Source: Macrostomum lignano (lineage: Eukaryota). Taken from it: a DNA stretch of 64,000 nucleotides. Location of the stretch: NCBI GenBank assembly GCA_002269645.1, contig NIVC01000084.1, forward strand, positions 1 through 64,000. The letters run 5' to 3'. Positions 12,041-24,628 of this stretch are shown here, piece after piece. Position 1 is the stretch's first letter, and each line of letters opens with the position of its first letter. The notes beneath the pieces are model-generated. The model did no database searches and had not been told where the DNA came from. It was given only the letters and a program-made list of their open reading frames with translations. The position numbers and the translations under genes are program-made.

Positions 12041-12397
12041 CCTCCGTGAGCATTGAGAACTTGACAATGCCTCCACCAATGAGTCGCTTATGGCTGACAG
12101 GGCGATTACGTTATGGTTGAAGGAGAGATGGTCTAGATGATGAGTTATCTTATATATATCTATGACCCCGACCTAAAGCCTACGTGCTAAGAGACAGGGC
12201 AGACAAATTTACAGTAACAAAATATTGGCTCGTTATCAGAGCAGCCCACATATGTACGTGTACACTCCTAGATATAACACTCTGCATCAGCAGAGTTTGT
12301 CAGAGAAATTGTATCATCGGGAAACATAAAGGCTGAGATTGCAGGAAATCAGTCTATTTATTGGCTCACAATATGAATGCTGTTTGGGGTTATTAGA

Positions 12398-15090
12398 TTA
12401 TTCTGAGAAAAATATTTCAAACGCGAGCATTCCGATTTCTCCACCGCACTTTTCTTTTCTGTTGCCGGGACAGTTCAAGTTGCAGTATCGCTTATTAGTT
12501 AAATAGTCCTCCTTAACGATCTCGTTGCCACAGTAACATTTTGTGCCATTAAGCAGTCCGAAAAAGCTAGCAGTATATTGCTTGTTGCAAATTCTGGCAC
12601 AGAATCTCTGATTCATGCTCACATCAGTGGCAGCCTGGGTGACTAGGATGTTGTTGGAGCCGTCGTCGACGAAGCAACCCACCATTGGTGCTGAAAATGT
12701 TAATCAGTTTAGGTTGCAAAAGACCAGTGTAGCTAGTGACTTTGTGGGGATGGGTGCATTAAGAAATGTTGCTAAGGAGAGAGGGTGCTGTAGGAAACGA
12801 TGCTGTAGGAGAGGGTGCTGTAGGATAGGGTGCTGTAGGAGAGGATGCTGTAGGAGAGGGTGCTGTAGTAGAGTGATGCTGTAGTGGAGTGATGCTGTAG
12901 TGGAGTGATGCTGTAGTGGAGTGATGCTGTAGTGGAGTGATGCTGTAGTGGAGTGATGCTGTAGTGGAGTGATGCTGTAGTGGAGTTGTGTTTCAACAAT
13001 AGCACGCGACGCACCAGGTATCATCAAGCTGGCAGTCCTAACTCCCTTGTAAATTTGCACATAACCCTTTCCGCCGCATGTTTCGGCGGAGCTGCCGGTG
13101 CAGATCGTTTTGCAAAAGGATGGTATAAGTTTGGGTGCCTTAATCCAGTTGCCGCACCAGCACTCTGAGCCCCTTTGTAGTCCGAAGTAAGCGTAGTCAT
13201 TCAAGGCGCATTGCTCAGCGCAGACGTCCGCAGTCATTTTGGATGAGTTGTCTACTTTGTCCTTTAATGGCGCTACTTGTGCGTATGGGGCTTCTGGGAA
13301 GCAGCCTTGGTACTGATCTGAAACAGAAGTAAATAACAAAAAGTGATAGTCTATGTGGCAAACCTTTTACTTCAGTATCGTCAGAACTAGACCCCAGAAT
13401 ATACATGACAATAATGCACTGGCGCACAGGGCATCCTCAATCAGCGAACTCAAAGACCAGTTGCACCTGCGTACTCTTCGGTAGCCTTTGAGATCCCCTG
13501 ATAGAACCCAATTGAACATGTGTGTGAATTCATCAAGCAGAGTATTCAACGGCAGAATCCGCCGCAGACAGTCGCTAAACTGCGAAAAGCTTTTGTTGTT
13601 GCGTGGTAGGAAATCCACACGATTTTTTCGACGCCTAGCTTGTTCTGGAAATGCTCGTCGAGTCAACGGCCATGTTACTTGCGATAGCAGGCTACACATG
13701 TCTCTGAAGCTCGATATGAACCATAGAGTTATGTGTTTTGACTCTACTCTTAATTTTCTCTCTGATTTTTCTTCTTTTTAGAGTGCTTGAGTTTTAAATG
13801 TTGCCAGTTTACTTCTAGAGAGAAATGATACACTTACAGTTTGAGTTGGTCTTGACTGAAATTGTTTTCGAATTGATTTTATTGCGGACCGGATGTAGCT
13901 CAAATGGTGATATTTTGTTAAGTATAGCGCATTTTGGATAACGTATTTAGCACCATGTCAGTCAGCGGTGGAAGAATTATCAAACTGCAGAATTAGAAGT
14001 GCGCTACACTCGCAACAAAAACATTCATTGAAAACTGGTTTCGGTTCAAAATACGCTAAGGAAATACGTATACACTGACCTTTTGCCGGAACCTTGCTTG
14101 TCCGTTTTATAGGCGTTTGGGCACATCAGACAAAACAAATGCTTGCTTTATTTGCAATCCACAAGCTCATAACGCGATATTTTGTAAATTTAAAGCTAAA
14201 AATAAAAAAGACTGGTTTTGCCTAATGCATTGTGAGCGAAAACCAGTCTTTAGCTTCAGTTGACCAACCTAAAAAATGTTTTTTAGGATTACTAGCAATT
14301 TTCGTCCCCAGTTGTAGAGGCAAGAAAAAGGAATTATGCCTGCAGTTTTTACTGTCAATATTGTTAGTTTTTTAGCTATCTAGCCTAAAATATCAGCATT
14401 ATCTTTAAGCTTTGTACTCAACGCCATTCATCACGCGTATCCCTATTAGCCAAAGTTTTTATCACTTCAGCCAAGAATACGTATCCTCATCAGCCAACGA
14501 AGTTTATCCAAATTAACCGACAAAATTCAATGTGAAGATTAGCCCAAACTGCCTAATTATAAAAGCAATAATTTCGTTTTTTGAGTAAAACGACTGTCCT
14601 TAACTGAACTGAGGTAACGCTGATTTATTCAGAGTGAAGCAAAAGGATAAAGCTACACAAATTCAACACAGCTTTCCGTTGCACAAAGTCTCACGGATGC
14701 ATTTTGGGCTAAATGTGCCAAAATAGTTATTTAGCTTGTACGAGCGTATGTTTAATCCTATGTGGACTCATGGCAGTTAATTACTCGCAGTTAAATGTGG
14801 AATTGTCAGCATCTGTAATCTTAAGGCACGATCTCTTTCCTCAAGTTGACCGTAGCGAAAACAAGACAGAAATGAAACTACGAACTACGAGCGTATGTAT
14901 CCATTTTGGCTTCTGTGGTGCAGTTTATGTATTTTATTCACGAGTGATTGTATTTAATTGTAGTTTTCCTGTGCATATGAATTAAAACAACAGTTGGTAA
15001 CTTACGGGACTCGACGTGTGTAAAGAAGTTGGCCAAGATGGCAGCGCTTATCAGCAAGACAGCAGTGCCCGTTGCTAAGGACCTCTGCAT
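12398..15090 (-). CDS. WSC-A: secreted protein, signal peptide + 2 WSC domains (~226 aa); exons 15090-15006, 13317-13015, 12690-12398
   Basis: Exon 1 is MQRSLATGTAVLLISAAILANFFTHVES followed by GTAAGT. Both introns are GT-AG phase 1 and the frame is continuous. Each domain has 8 Cys and a CxCG motif. Confidence 0.88.
12770..12985. repeat. compound minisatellite (15-bp GCTGTAGGAGAGGGT-like and 16-bp GCTGTAGTGGAGTGAT units) in WSC-A intron 2
   Basis: Direct tandem repeats; about 6 imperfect 15-mers followed by about 7 near-perfect 16-mers. Confidence 0.9.
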
Positions 15091-16479
15091 CGCTTGTTTG
15101 TCTGTTTATTAAAAAAATAGTTATTGCTGGTTAAAAAAGACTTGAAGATTTTTCATATCGAATGGTTCATGCTTTTCAGGTAGTTTGTATTGAGTTTTTT
15201 TTAGCAACAATGGAATGTGAATTTAAAGAAAAATTAACATTCTTTTCACTGAAAAAACTTCGATCTCGATTTAGCCACCAGTTTAACCGGAACATTCAGT
15301 TTGTTGAATGATACATTCTTGAGTTTAATACATGCAATAAATTACGATAAGTATTTTTAATACGAAAGCAATGTCTAAAATAACTATAATTGCAAAATTA
15401 ACGAGTTGATAAGATCAAATACAAGTTGCTGGGTGAATTCTTCCTTCTAAAATGCAAGACCGTTTTTGCTAGGCAAATTTCTGAGGGTAAACATTCGATC
15501 TAGTCAGTTGAACACAATGATTTTAGTGCTACACCATGGATTGACACCTGTGTTTTTCCATTCTCTGCAACTGTTAGGGGGGCTTTTTCGTAACGGAAGC
15601 GGTTTTACCTCTTAAAACCGCTTCTCGTGATGCGCAAGCAACAGGAGATGCGACCCAGAAAAATAAAGGCATGCAGTCAGGGTTCAAGTTTCCAGTCGGT
15701 CGCAAATTAAGAACTTATATACGAATAATAATAACTAACCTCAGCCTTCGCTGATCATTTTTTTCATATGGAAACAAACTCTTATTTTGAATAAATAAGA
15801 AGTACCTACAGCTCTAGAAACAACGTAAGTATATTTTGTGGTTTCGTCTTAGTATATTATATAAGTATATTAAAGCAAGTCTTTATTGTATCCTATCTTG
15901 TCCTGCCCTAAAACAGTATATATCACTAAGTCATGGTAGTGCTCAGCCTTACCCTTGATCCACCGGGTCAGTAGAAGCGATTTAAAGCAATGTTACAGCT
16001 GTGCTCTCTGTTAAAGGACTTTGGTCGTGGCACTCTTGTCAGCTCAAAAGACCGCTCGAAGCTGCTCCGAGTGTGCTGAGTCTAGCTGCTGTTCTACCCA
16101 GGCCGCCAGCGCCCACGCCTCGACTGTCTCGACAGATAGCAGGACTGTCTCGAGCACCGCCTGCCACAGCCTTCTGGTGGTCAGGCAGCGCTTCGGACTG
16201 AAGAATGGCCCTGATGGATCTGTATGCCTCCAAGGTGAGTCATCATCTGCTACTGGATGTTCCTCCTCTATGTGGGACACCACCAGACTTGACTTACTTG
16301 ACTTAGCTGCAGGGCTGTCCTGGAGGGGACACAGCGGAAAGGCGCGGACGCCCATTCCGCAAATCCCTGAACGGTATCGCTATGGACGAAGGGTTGGCGC
16401 CGCCCAGGGAGGTCCCCCAGTGTCGCCAGCAGCTATGGTGCCTTCTGGAAAGGAGAGTTCAGCCCTGCAGGTGGCCCGG

Positions 16480-17330
16480 AGGTAGCGCATGAGCTGGTTA
16501 AAGTTTTCGGGTTTGCACGCTTCAGTAATAGATGTGTGTGGCCCGAGGTAAGTGAGTCTGGCCCGCGTAAAGGCGGGACAGATGCTGACGAAATGCTCAG
16601 CGGTTTCATCACCTGAGCTGCAGAAACTGCAGATGGCGTTGGTGGCGTTGCCTTGCCGGTACTAGTGCCTGAAGAAGCAGCCGTGATCTGAGAGGATCAT
16701 GATGGCAGCCCGGATGTCTCTTCGCGAGAGGCGCGAGAGGAGTTTCCGGAGCTGGTGAGAGGGCTGAGGGACAGCCCCTCTGGATTGCCTGCAGGTAGTG
16801 CAGTTCGCCCAGGCAGAGCGATGCTGGGTCCTGATCCACGCTTTGATGCGCGAGTCGATGACACAGCCGGGAATCGGGACAAGGGGTTAGTTCGGGCCCG
16901 AGGGAGGAGCCGGAGGCACGAAAATGTTCAAGGGCGTCAGCCAACTCATTCTCTCGGATCCCCACATGTCCCGGAACCCACTTAAGGATAATTTTGTTGG
17001 TGGAACCCAATATTTTGAAGAGTTTGATACAGTCAAGGACTGTAGCAGAATTGGTACTACAGCCACTGATGGCGTGCAAGGCAGCTTGGCTTTCCGAATG
17101 GAAAATGATGTTCTTACCGGATACGCCAGTGGCGAGAAGCTCTGCAATGCAGGAGCTGATGGCGAGAACTTCATTTTGGAAGACACTGGAGTTGACCCCA
17201 GTGTACTGAGCGTGGGTTGCGATGACCCACCCGTTCAGGAAGATTCCAACACCAAAACCGGTGTTGGCTGACTGCTTAGAACCGTCGGTGTAGCAATGAA
17301 GCTCACCAAGGTTCGAGTGGTCATTGATGG
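16480..17330 (-). mobile_element. RNase H-containing LINE (I/R1-like) 3' fragment
   Basis: 'SSVFQNEVLAI...IIFHSESQAALHAI...KWVPGHVGIRENELAD' RNase H, followed by the C-terminal knuckle 'CSFCSSGDETAEHFVSIC'; contains stops and frameshifts. Confidence 0.85.
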
Positions 17331-18492
17331 TATCGTGCGAGTCGATAGCTACGGAGTAGCTTTGTCTCAGGTTGAGCGTTGAGGCACTTCAGCTAGGCCT
17401 TGACCCAACGCTGGGCTCACTTCACGTTTATTGCTTTTTGAAGAAGGCTGTTCGCGGGCGACAATCTCATGCTGACAGGAAAAAATCAACTGGGCCCAAA
17501 GATATAATCGACCCCAACGTTTTCTAGTCCAACGAAGAGACCTCGAGAAGAATCGCAAGGGTCCCACAAATTACCTGGCTGATATCAGCCGTAGGAAAAA
17601 TGCGCACAAAACTAATAGCTAAGCCAAAATTTTGATACCGACAGACAATTTAAAAAACATCACAAAGTTATTTTCATACGATAGAGGGTGATCTTTCGCC
17701 TTTTTTGGATTTCCCTGGGAAATCTGTATTTTTTAGATTTTTGTATGGCTCGTATGTCTATGGCCAAGCCAAATTTATGAAATTTAGTAAACGAATTCAA
17801 TTCGTGTTGGATATCAGGATAAACAAAAAAGTTGAAAAGAAAACTGGGAAGACCAATAACTTGTTCCTTAATTGAGAAACTCATAGCAGTATTTAGTTCA
17901 GAAAATTGTCCATTATTTGTAGTAAATGTTGAAGGTGCAGCCGCAGAGTTCTCCGTCTCCACTGAAGCCACTAGACGATGATAATGTTGCAGCAGACGAC
18001 AACGCAATCAGGCCATTGGCCGCAAGCACTGCACTGCCGCCTGCGCTGGTGCTCTGTCCACTACGACTGATCGCACCAGATATGTTGGACAGTCGTGACT
18101 TCTTCTTGGAGTATCGAATGTAGCGTTGCGTTGAAACGAACAGAACGATGACTAGTCACGTGACCAATATCCTTCATTTAAAATCCGGCATTGTGCAGCT
18201 CCGTGAAAACAGTCGCTCAATAAACAATAAACAATAAACAATGATAGTTTAAACAATGAGGTTTATGCCTCCTTGACAGTCCGGCTTTCTCCGAAATGGT
18301 CTGCATCATCGTGCCCAGTGTGTTGTGTCCAACAGCCTGCTTTCCGAAATACCACAAGTTTGATGTAGGTTTCGCCCAATTAAGCGCCGAACGACTGAAC
18401 TGCTCGTAACACCCAAGTGCTTAGCAGTCAAAATCTTCTTCACAAAATACTTTAATTATAAAACCAGCAGCTAAAGCAATTGGATAAGAAAC

Positions 18493-20100
18493 TGTCGTGC
18501 CGTGTAGTTGGCATAAAGAAACTTAAGGTTTATTTTAACTAGCAAGTAGCCTAATTAATATTGACACGAGCAGGTGCTGAGAGAACACGAAAATAGAGTC
18601 ACGTGATGACAATCAACTACGTACAAGTACATGGAAGCTTAGGGGCATGGCCAGTCAGAGCGAATGGAGAGGAAAGAATAGTGTGCACGTACGATGCACG
18701 TACATAGCATAAGTTAGTTAGTTAGTCAGTGCCTAGAGCTCAGCGCTCCGGCACCACATTCCGTCATCACCAACGAGCTGTCAAGCGATCAAGAGGAACG
18801 CCCTTGTTGCCGCGCTCGCTCCTTCTGGGCCGCGTATCAGCCGTATCGAGTTCACCGGCTTGGGGACGCTCAACAGTCGCTGACTCTCTCGAATCGTTAG
18901 ATGCGCCTCCGGGACGTCGAGCTCCGGACGGCCTCCGTCGGCTTTCGACCCGGCCGCGGCCAGAAGTGGCCAAAGCTGATCCCTGTGCGCCAGGACGGGC
19001 CGGTCCGACTCGGTCCGGGTGACGATCGCCGTGTTGTGCCCGGCCTGCACGACGAACTCGGCAAGTTCTGTCTGTGCGCTATGGCGAGCGTGGTAAACGA
19101 CCGGGGCGTCCGTCTCGAAGGTCAGCGTCAACGGACTTCTCAGCTGCCGACTCATCAGCGCCGAGGGGCTGCCTCGGCCGTCACTACGTGGAGTCGCTCG
19201 GTAGTTCAGCAGGAGCTTGGACAGGTATGCGTCAAAACGGTCCTTGATGAGCTGCAAACGCCTTGAGTCCTCGCTTGACAGTCTGCACCATCCGCTCGGC
19301 GCAGCCATTGGACTGCGGGTGGTACGGCGTGAAGAGCTGATTGCAGCCGATCCGCTCCAGCCAGCCTTTTTTATTTTTTTATTAGAGGCAGGGGGGTTGT
19401 GTGCACCCTGGCGCACTTTAAGCGACATTGTCACACAACCGGCGAGAGGCATTACTGCCCATTTCGCCGACTCCCCTGAGCAGGCATACAAGCGCGCGGA
19501 TACGTACGCAGGCACACACTCACACAGGAGTGTACAGCGGCCCTAACTTATTTTTATCGTTAGGCATGTACACTTCACTGCGATTTGGGGGTTGGCTCTC
19601 AAGGCCGCTAATTGCACGAGCAGAGCCAAGCCGAGATTCCAATTCAGCCCCAAACTAATGTGACTGCACTTGGAATCGAGCCTGGGTCGCTGGCACACCA
19701 GAGCCTGCGCTAGACCGCTGGGCTACGGCCCCCCTTCCAGCCAGCCTTGAAGCTCCTGATCGTGGAACTCGGGTGCGTTGTCAGACACCAGAGTGAGCGG
19801 CATGCCTTGCCTCGCGAGGATGGCCCGTAGAACTCGAATCACTGTCCTCGCGCTCTTGTCTGCCACTTGTACGTCTACCGGCCAGCCAGAGAAAGCGTCA
19901 ACCAGCACCAAAATCAGGCCGACTCCCAACACGTGAGCATGGTCCATGTGTACCCGCTTCCAAGGCGTCTCCTCGATAGGCCACGTGTGCACCGTGCGGT
20001 TGGGCAGTGGTCAGATCCTCGTACATGTCGTGCACTGCTTCACATACCGCTCAACATCATCGCAGTGCCCCGGCCACCATGCTTCGCGACTCACGAGCCA
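18493..20100 (-). mobile_element. 5'-truncated Gypsy element: integrase plus probable 3' LTR (18493-18758)
   Basis: 'WWPGHCDDVERYVKQCTTC' zinc finger, 'RVHMDHA..LVDAFSGW..LVSDNAPEF', 'YHPQSNGCAERMV'. The LTR is bounded by TGTGGTG/CACGACA and contains AATAAA. Interrupted by a SINE. Confidence 0.85.
19369..19735 (-). mobile_element. complete tRNA-derived SINE (family 1) with poly(A) tail and 13-bp TSD
   Basis: A box TAGCCCAGCGG, B box GGCTCGATTCC, A-rich tail at 19369-19385, TSD TCCAGCCAGCCTT (19356-19368, 19736-19748). The head is nearly identical to 63846-64000. Confidence 0.92.
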
Positions 20101-20456
20101 GAGGCCATAGGCATAAAATAAAGTAAGAAAGTGGTGCTTCGCGTTCCTCCAACTTGGTCATAGACATAAAAAAATGGCAGCGGTCATTGATCGAAATGGT
20201 AAATTGTATAGTATGCAACTGAGTTGAATAATGGCCAAAACATGAGTGCGCGTAGCATACTGTACAAGGGCATTGTATTTATACTTTTACCCAGCGCCAT
20301 GTTATTATTTCGCACTTTTTGAGGTCACTATTCAACACTTTCAGGCTCTGCTGCTATTGGCTGTTTTGCGATTTAGTTTACCATAGACGAAACACACGAG
20401 AGCTATACGATGTCTGCTATATAATTAGATGGGCCATAGACAAAACAGTTTCCTCC

Positions 20457-20595
20457 CCAGTAGAAAAAACATTCCGCCTAATATTCCGGCGACCGTCCGA
20501 ATTTGGACGGGCGGACGGATTTTAGGCGGAAAAATGTCCGCCCGCCTGGCATGCCTGGCGGGCCCGCCCCGGGCGACTGCATTTTATTTTTTGGG
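20457..20595. repeat. GC-rich nested inverted repeats with CCGCC motifs, possible DNA-transposon end
   Basis: Arms TCCGCCTAA/TTAGGCGGA enclose a CCGTCC/GGACGG hairpin; the segment begins CCCAG. Confidence 0.45.
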
Positions 20596-20974
20596 ATAAA
20601 TTTTTTAGAGTCTACTGTAAGTAGTATGTTTTGAAAATTCAACATTCCTATACTCGTACGTAGCTAGCTGGATCGACCATGCCTCGATCTTGCTTCTTTC
20701 CGCCCCTCTCCTTTTAGTAGAAAAATGTTGATTGATTGTTGATTGGTGATTGTTTCGACACTAGTTACTAAATATAATATTACGAGTACGAGCGTATATT
20801 TTATAGTTTATCAATTGTACATGCAGTTCATACAGAGAAAATTTTCATAGACATAAGTAATATAGACAATAGTAATAACTAATTTCACAGTTTATCTTAG
20901 TAAAAACTGAATATTGAATAATTAATAAAATTATTGATCCCATAAAAATCGGCCCGCTTAATGTTGATGGCTTT

Positions 20975-21200
20975 TTTCAGCTCTCTTCTCAGTTATCTCC
21001 TCTTTCCCCTCTTCTCTCTTATCTCGATCCTCTCCTCTCCTCTCTTATCTCCTCTCGTCTCTTCTCCCCTGCTCATATATATCTTCTCTCCTGCTATCTT
21101 TTCTCTCATCGCATCTCTAATCTCGCCTCTCACCTATCATCTCTTTCTTCTTCTCTCTCTCCTCTATTCCCGCTCTTTCTCGCTCATCTGGTCCGCAACA
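20975..21200. repeat. CT-rich low-complexity tract
   Basis: Pyrimidine-rich (CTC/CTT) sequence; a similar tract lies at 38370-38540. Confidence 0.8.
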
Positions 21201-21281
21201 ATAATCTAGAATTTTTATCTGGACTTCTAGTTTAAAAAGTTTGCCGACCTCTGATTTAATCAGTGCACATGATATAATAAT

Positions 21282-23696
21282 TTAATCATCGGATGAGGAT
21301 GAATCGTCAATGATGGGCCGGAAATGAGTCATTTGGCTAGATGATATCGTTTTTCTCTTCTTGGCTGCGGGCGAACGGCGCTGCTGCAGCCTGAACGCCG
21401 AAAAACTTGGCGACGCTGCTGCACCGGTGTCTTGACGCTGCGGTGTGGCTGGTGCAATTGACAAGCGTTGCTGCTGCTGTGCGGGCTGCTGCTGACATGT
21501 GCCGGTGAAATCGGTCACAGTTCGACGCCTATGGGCTCTGGGAGTGACACGATCGTTGGCGTGCTTCAACGTAGCCATAATGGCCTCCTTCACATCGTGT
21601 TTCAGCATTGAAGGCGGCTTCTCCGGCGGCACATAAAAGTGTTTAGCGGCGTCTGTTATAAAAAGATGAGTAAGAAATTTCTGAGCGCTTATCACTAGGC
21701 ATGCCAATGATGCGTTTAGATATAGAATATAAAATATTGAATATCGGTATAGTACTGTTGCCTAAATAAAATAGCTGTGTACATTGGACTGGCTGCTTAA
21801 AACAAAATTAAAATCGTTTAAAATACGGCCTACGTTTGCGCCAAGGTCCTCTCATGACTCCCTTCACTGGCTGACAACGTATTTTTAGCTGTTGTTGTCC
21901 CGAGCTAAGTCTTTTAAGATAGTTAATACTAGTAAGTTTACTTTTAGTAGCACGTTCCGAAAATTTACTTATGCGAATTTGCATCTCTCATTAATTTTTT
22001 AACCGCTCGAAAATTCTTACCGAGAAAAAGATCCAGGAAATTTGTACGGAAGCTTAGCTGCTTGTCGGTCAAATCAGTAGGAACTTCGTGCTGCACCTTG
22101 GCTGCCATGTTTAGTCCCAAGAGATTTACACCCGTCTGTATGACCGGTGTCATGGCCGTGTCCAGCATTGCCCGGACGGATGATCGGAGGTCTGTTCCTT
22201 GGCAGCAGCGCAGCAACGCCACCTGCTTCAGATAATTCAAGTAACCGATATTGGTAATCATGCAAGTTTGCGTCAACATTTTATTGATTATTTAATAAAC
22301 TCACCAGTTCCCGAATATTATCCAATGGGGATTTTGCGAAGTGGACGTAGTCCTGCCAACTGGAAGTAGGCCAGAAGCGCCTCGGCTGGTCTGTGAAAGC
22401 AGAGTTTTCAACCGATGCGACAGGCGCTGAGGTCGCGATCGCCGATATGCTAGCAAAAGCAGCACGTAATCCTGCCATGTCTTGCTGAAGAGCAGATAAA
22501 TGCTTTTCGAGAGTGGCACGCGTCCGGTTCCCTTCTCTTAATAAACAGAGCAAGAATGTATGGCCCTCGGGACTTTTTAGGCTGCATTTAACCGCATCTT
22601 GTGCTTTCTGTCCCAGCCGATGGATGACATCGGGACCCCAGTTCAAAAAAGAAAAGTCGTCAATTTCAGCCGCTGCCATTGAAGCTGACGAATCAGCATC
22701 AGCACCGGAAGACTGTTGCTCGAATGCTAGCATCGTTGATTTTGCTGCTGCCGCAGACCCAGCTGGAGACTTTGGAAGGCAGGTCAAGTCGGCGCTGAGA
22801 GCTCGATTGACCGCTGAACTCGTCGCTGCTGCCGCTGCCGCAGACCCAGCTGGAGACTCGGCAGCTGCAAGCGCCTGCTCGTTGGCCTCGGACCCCGAAT
22901 GCGTGTTCCCTTCTTGAGAATCCTCCGAGTCTTGAGCCTGGGGCATGGGGAGAAGTTGAGCCTCTGTCTCCGGCCTTCGAAGCGAAACGACGGGCACCTG
23001 TTCGGCTGTCCTAACTTTGACGGCCCGACCATGCACGAAAGCGTCGCTGGCAGGCAGGCAGCTCAGACATCTCTGACCTCTGTGCCTGTGTAATAAAGAA
23101 ATTATTTTTATACGTTACTGCTACTGCTAGAAATTACGAAAGAAAACAGAGTACAGAGCCCTCTCTACCCCTGAAAACAACTGCATGCAAAGAATGTATA
23201 ACAAGAGCATATTTATTAAGAAACGAACCTGTGACTGCCATAAACGACGAGCCCCCCGGCATCGGAAGACTCAAAGACACGCGGTTGTAGCCTCGTCAGG
23301 ATGTCGGGGATGCTGAACTTCTTCAGTAAGAGCTTTCGAACATACAAAATGCTAAGTGCGGTGTCAGTTAAATCCGCCCCATCTGGTTCATGTAGGTGGA
23401 CCTGGACAATTGACAGTGAAATAGATAAATGCGTTACAGATAGCTATTGATATAAATATGGTTATAAGCAATTTTAAGCGTACCATAGCAAGTGAGAGAT
23501 TGGAACATTAATAGGCAGACAGATAACCAACCTGAACAATTATGGCGTTGTATACAATGCCTTCGTAGCTTGCGTCGCATATCCACGCCTGTTGCGAGAA
23601 CTTCTTTTCAAGCCAATCATCCCGTGTCCAGTTTTCCATTTCTTCAGGTAGGAAGACATGGAATCCGTCCACCTCGACGACCTGTCTGTCCTTCTT
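21282..23696 (-). CDS. 5-exon gene with a C-terminal DUF4806/BEN-like domain (~544 aa from ATG 23639); exons ~23696-23532, 23401-23229, 23085-22305, 22222-22021, 21652-21282
   Basis: GT-AG introns with consistent phases 0, 2, 0, 1 and no internal stops. C-terminal pattern 'L...G.....VR.ML...MT..IQ..VNLLG...K.SF...L.LF.DAA...VKEAI...LKHANDR'. The true start is uncertain. Confidence 0.7.
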
Positions 23697-24046
23697 AAAA
23701 AATCACGATGAACTTCATCGTTTTTTGCTAATTGACGTCGACGAAACGAACTTCGTTGTCTAAATAAAATATATGCGCCTTATGTAATACAATTGCTAGA
23801 TGATGGCAGAGACGGGAGAGGAAATCAGCGAGTGAACAAAGCTTCATATCTGAATTCGGGTTTGGGGAGGTAAAAACATGAGGTGGTTCCAGTCCCATTT
23901 CATTGGCTCCTAGAAGTAATGTGGCCCTCCCTTTAGCCAAGAATGAAAATTATGATGAATTTCAAAGAAGTTCAATTCCAAAGAATTCCTTATATCATAA
24001 ATTTTTATCGTATTCACAGCGACACTTCCTGAAATTAATTCTGTGA

Positions 24047-24628
24047 GAAAATCTCATCAAACAGCAGAAAAAACGGAGACGTATTGAGAGGCTGGCAGAC
24101 GCTCTATTCTGTGCAAATAACCAAAAAGATAACGAAGTGAAGCACTCCGAAAACATCGAATTCTTTGACGCACTACAGGACCCTGTTGCTGAAGCAACGC
24201 CAACGGACTCCGCTAGCTTGGAAAATTTACCTGAGGAGCCACTGACAAGCGGCTTGGACTAAGAAGAAGACGTATTCCCAGAGCCCAACACAGATGATCA
24301 GCGGAGCGAGGAAGAGAAACTACGGGACCTTCTCGTTGTCTTCTTTATTCTTTACAATATCCAACGTGAAGGCATACACTTTCTCTGTCAAGGCCTTAAC
24401 AAGCTTGAAGTACCGGCTCCAAAGTCTGCTCACTACATTCAGCGTTTTATTGACGATGGAAAATCTGGAGGAAAGGAGAGGAATATTTCGATGGAAAAAA
24501 TGGATGACGGGTACTTTAAGTACGTTTCCATAGTCGACAATCTTAAATGGTTATTCTCTTTGATTATGTTATGCGATTCTGAAAAATTAAAACTCTCTCT
24601 ACAAAGCAACTATGGCTGCGCTTATTAA
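24047..24628 (+). pseudogene. EnSpm/CMC-like transposase N-terminal remnant
   Basis: About 190 codons with one internal stop (~24260). 'YNIQREGIHFLCQGLNKL..PAPKSA....MEKMDDGYFKYVSIVDNL..LKLSLQSN' resembles animal EnSpm transposase N-termini; the sequence breaks off at the first catalytic motif. Confidence 0.5.

Noticed and set aside
12704-13014. Read-through of WSC-A exon 2 into a Ser/Thr/His-rich 'stalk'
   Set aside because: This is intron 2 (GTGCGT...TTTTCAG) filled by 15/16-bp repeats. The paralogues have a 76-98 bp intron at the same position, and the frame stops before exon 3.
14207-14251. Perfect 13-bp inverted repeat with a 19-nt spacer in WSC-A intron 1
   Set aside because: Isolated AT-rich hairpin with no TSD or element boundaries; most likely transposon debris.
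17660-18123. Short ORFs with a Ser/Ala-rich segment
   Set aside because: No domain motif and no consistent exon chain could be built.
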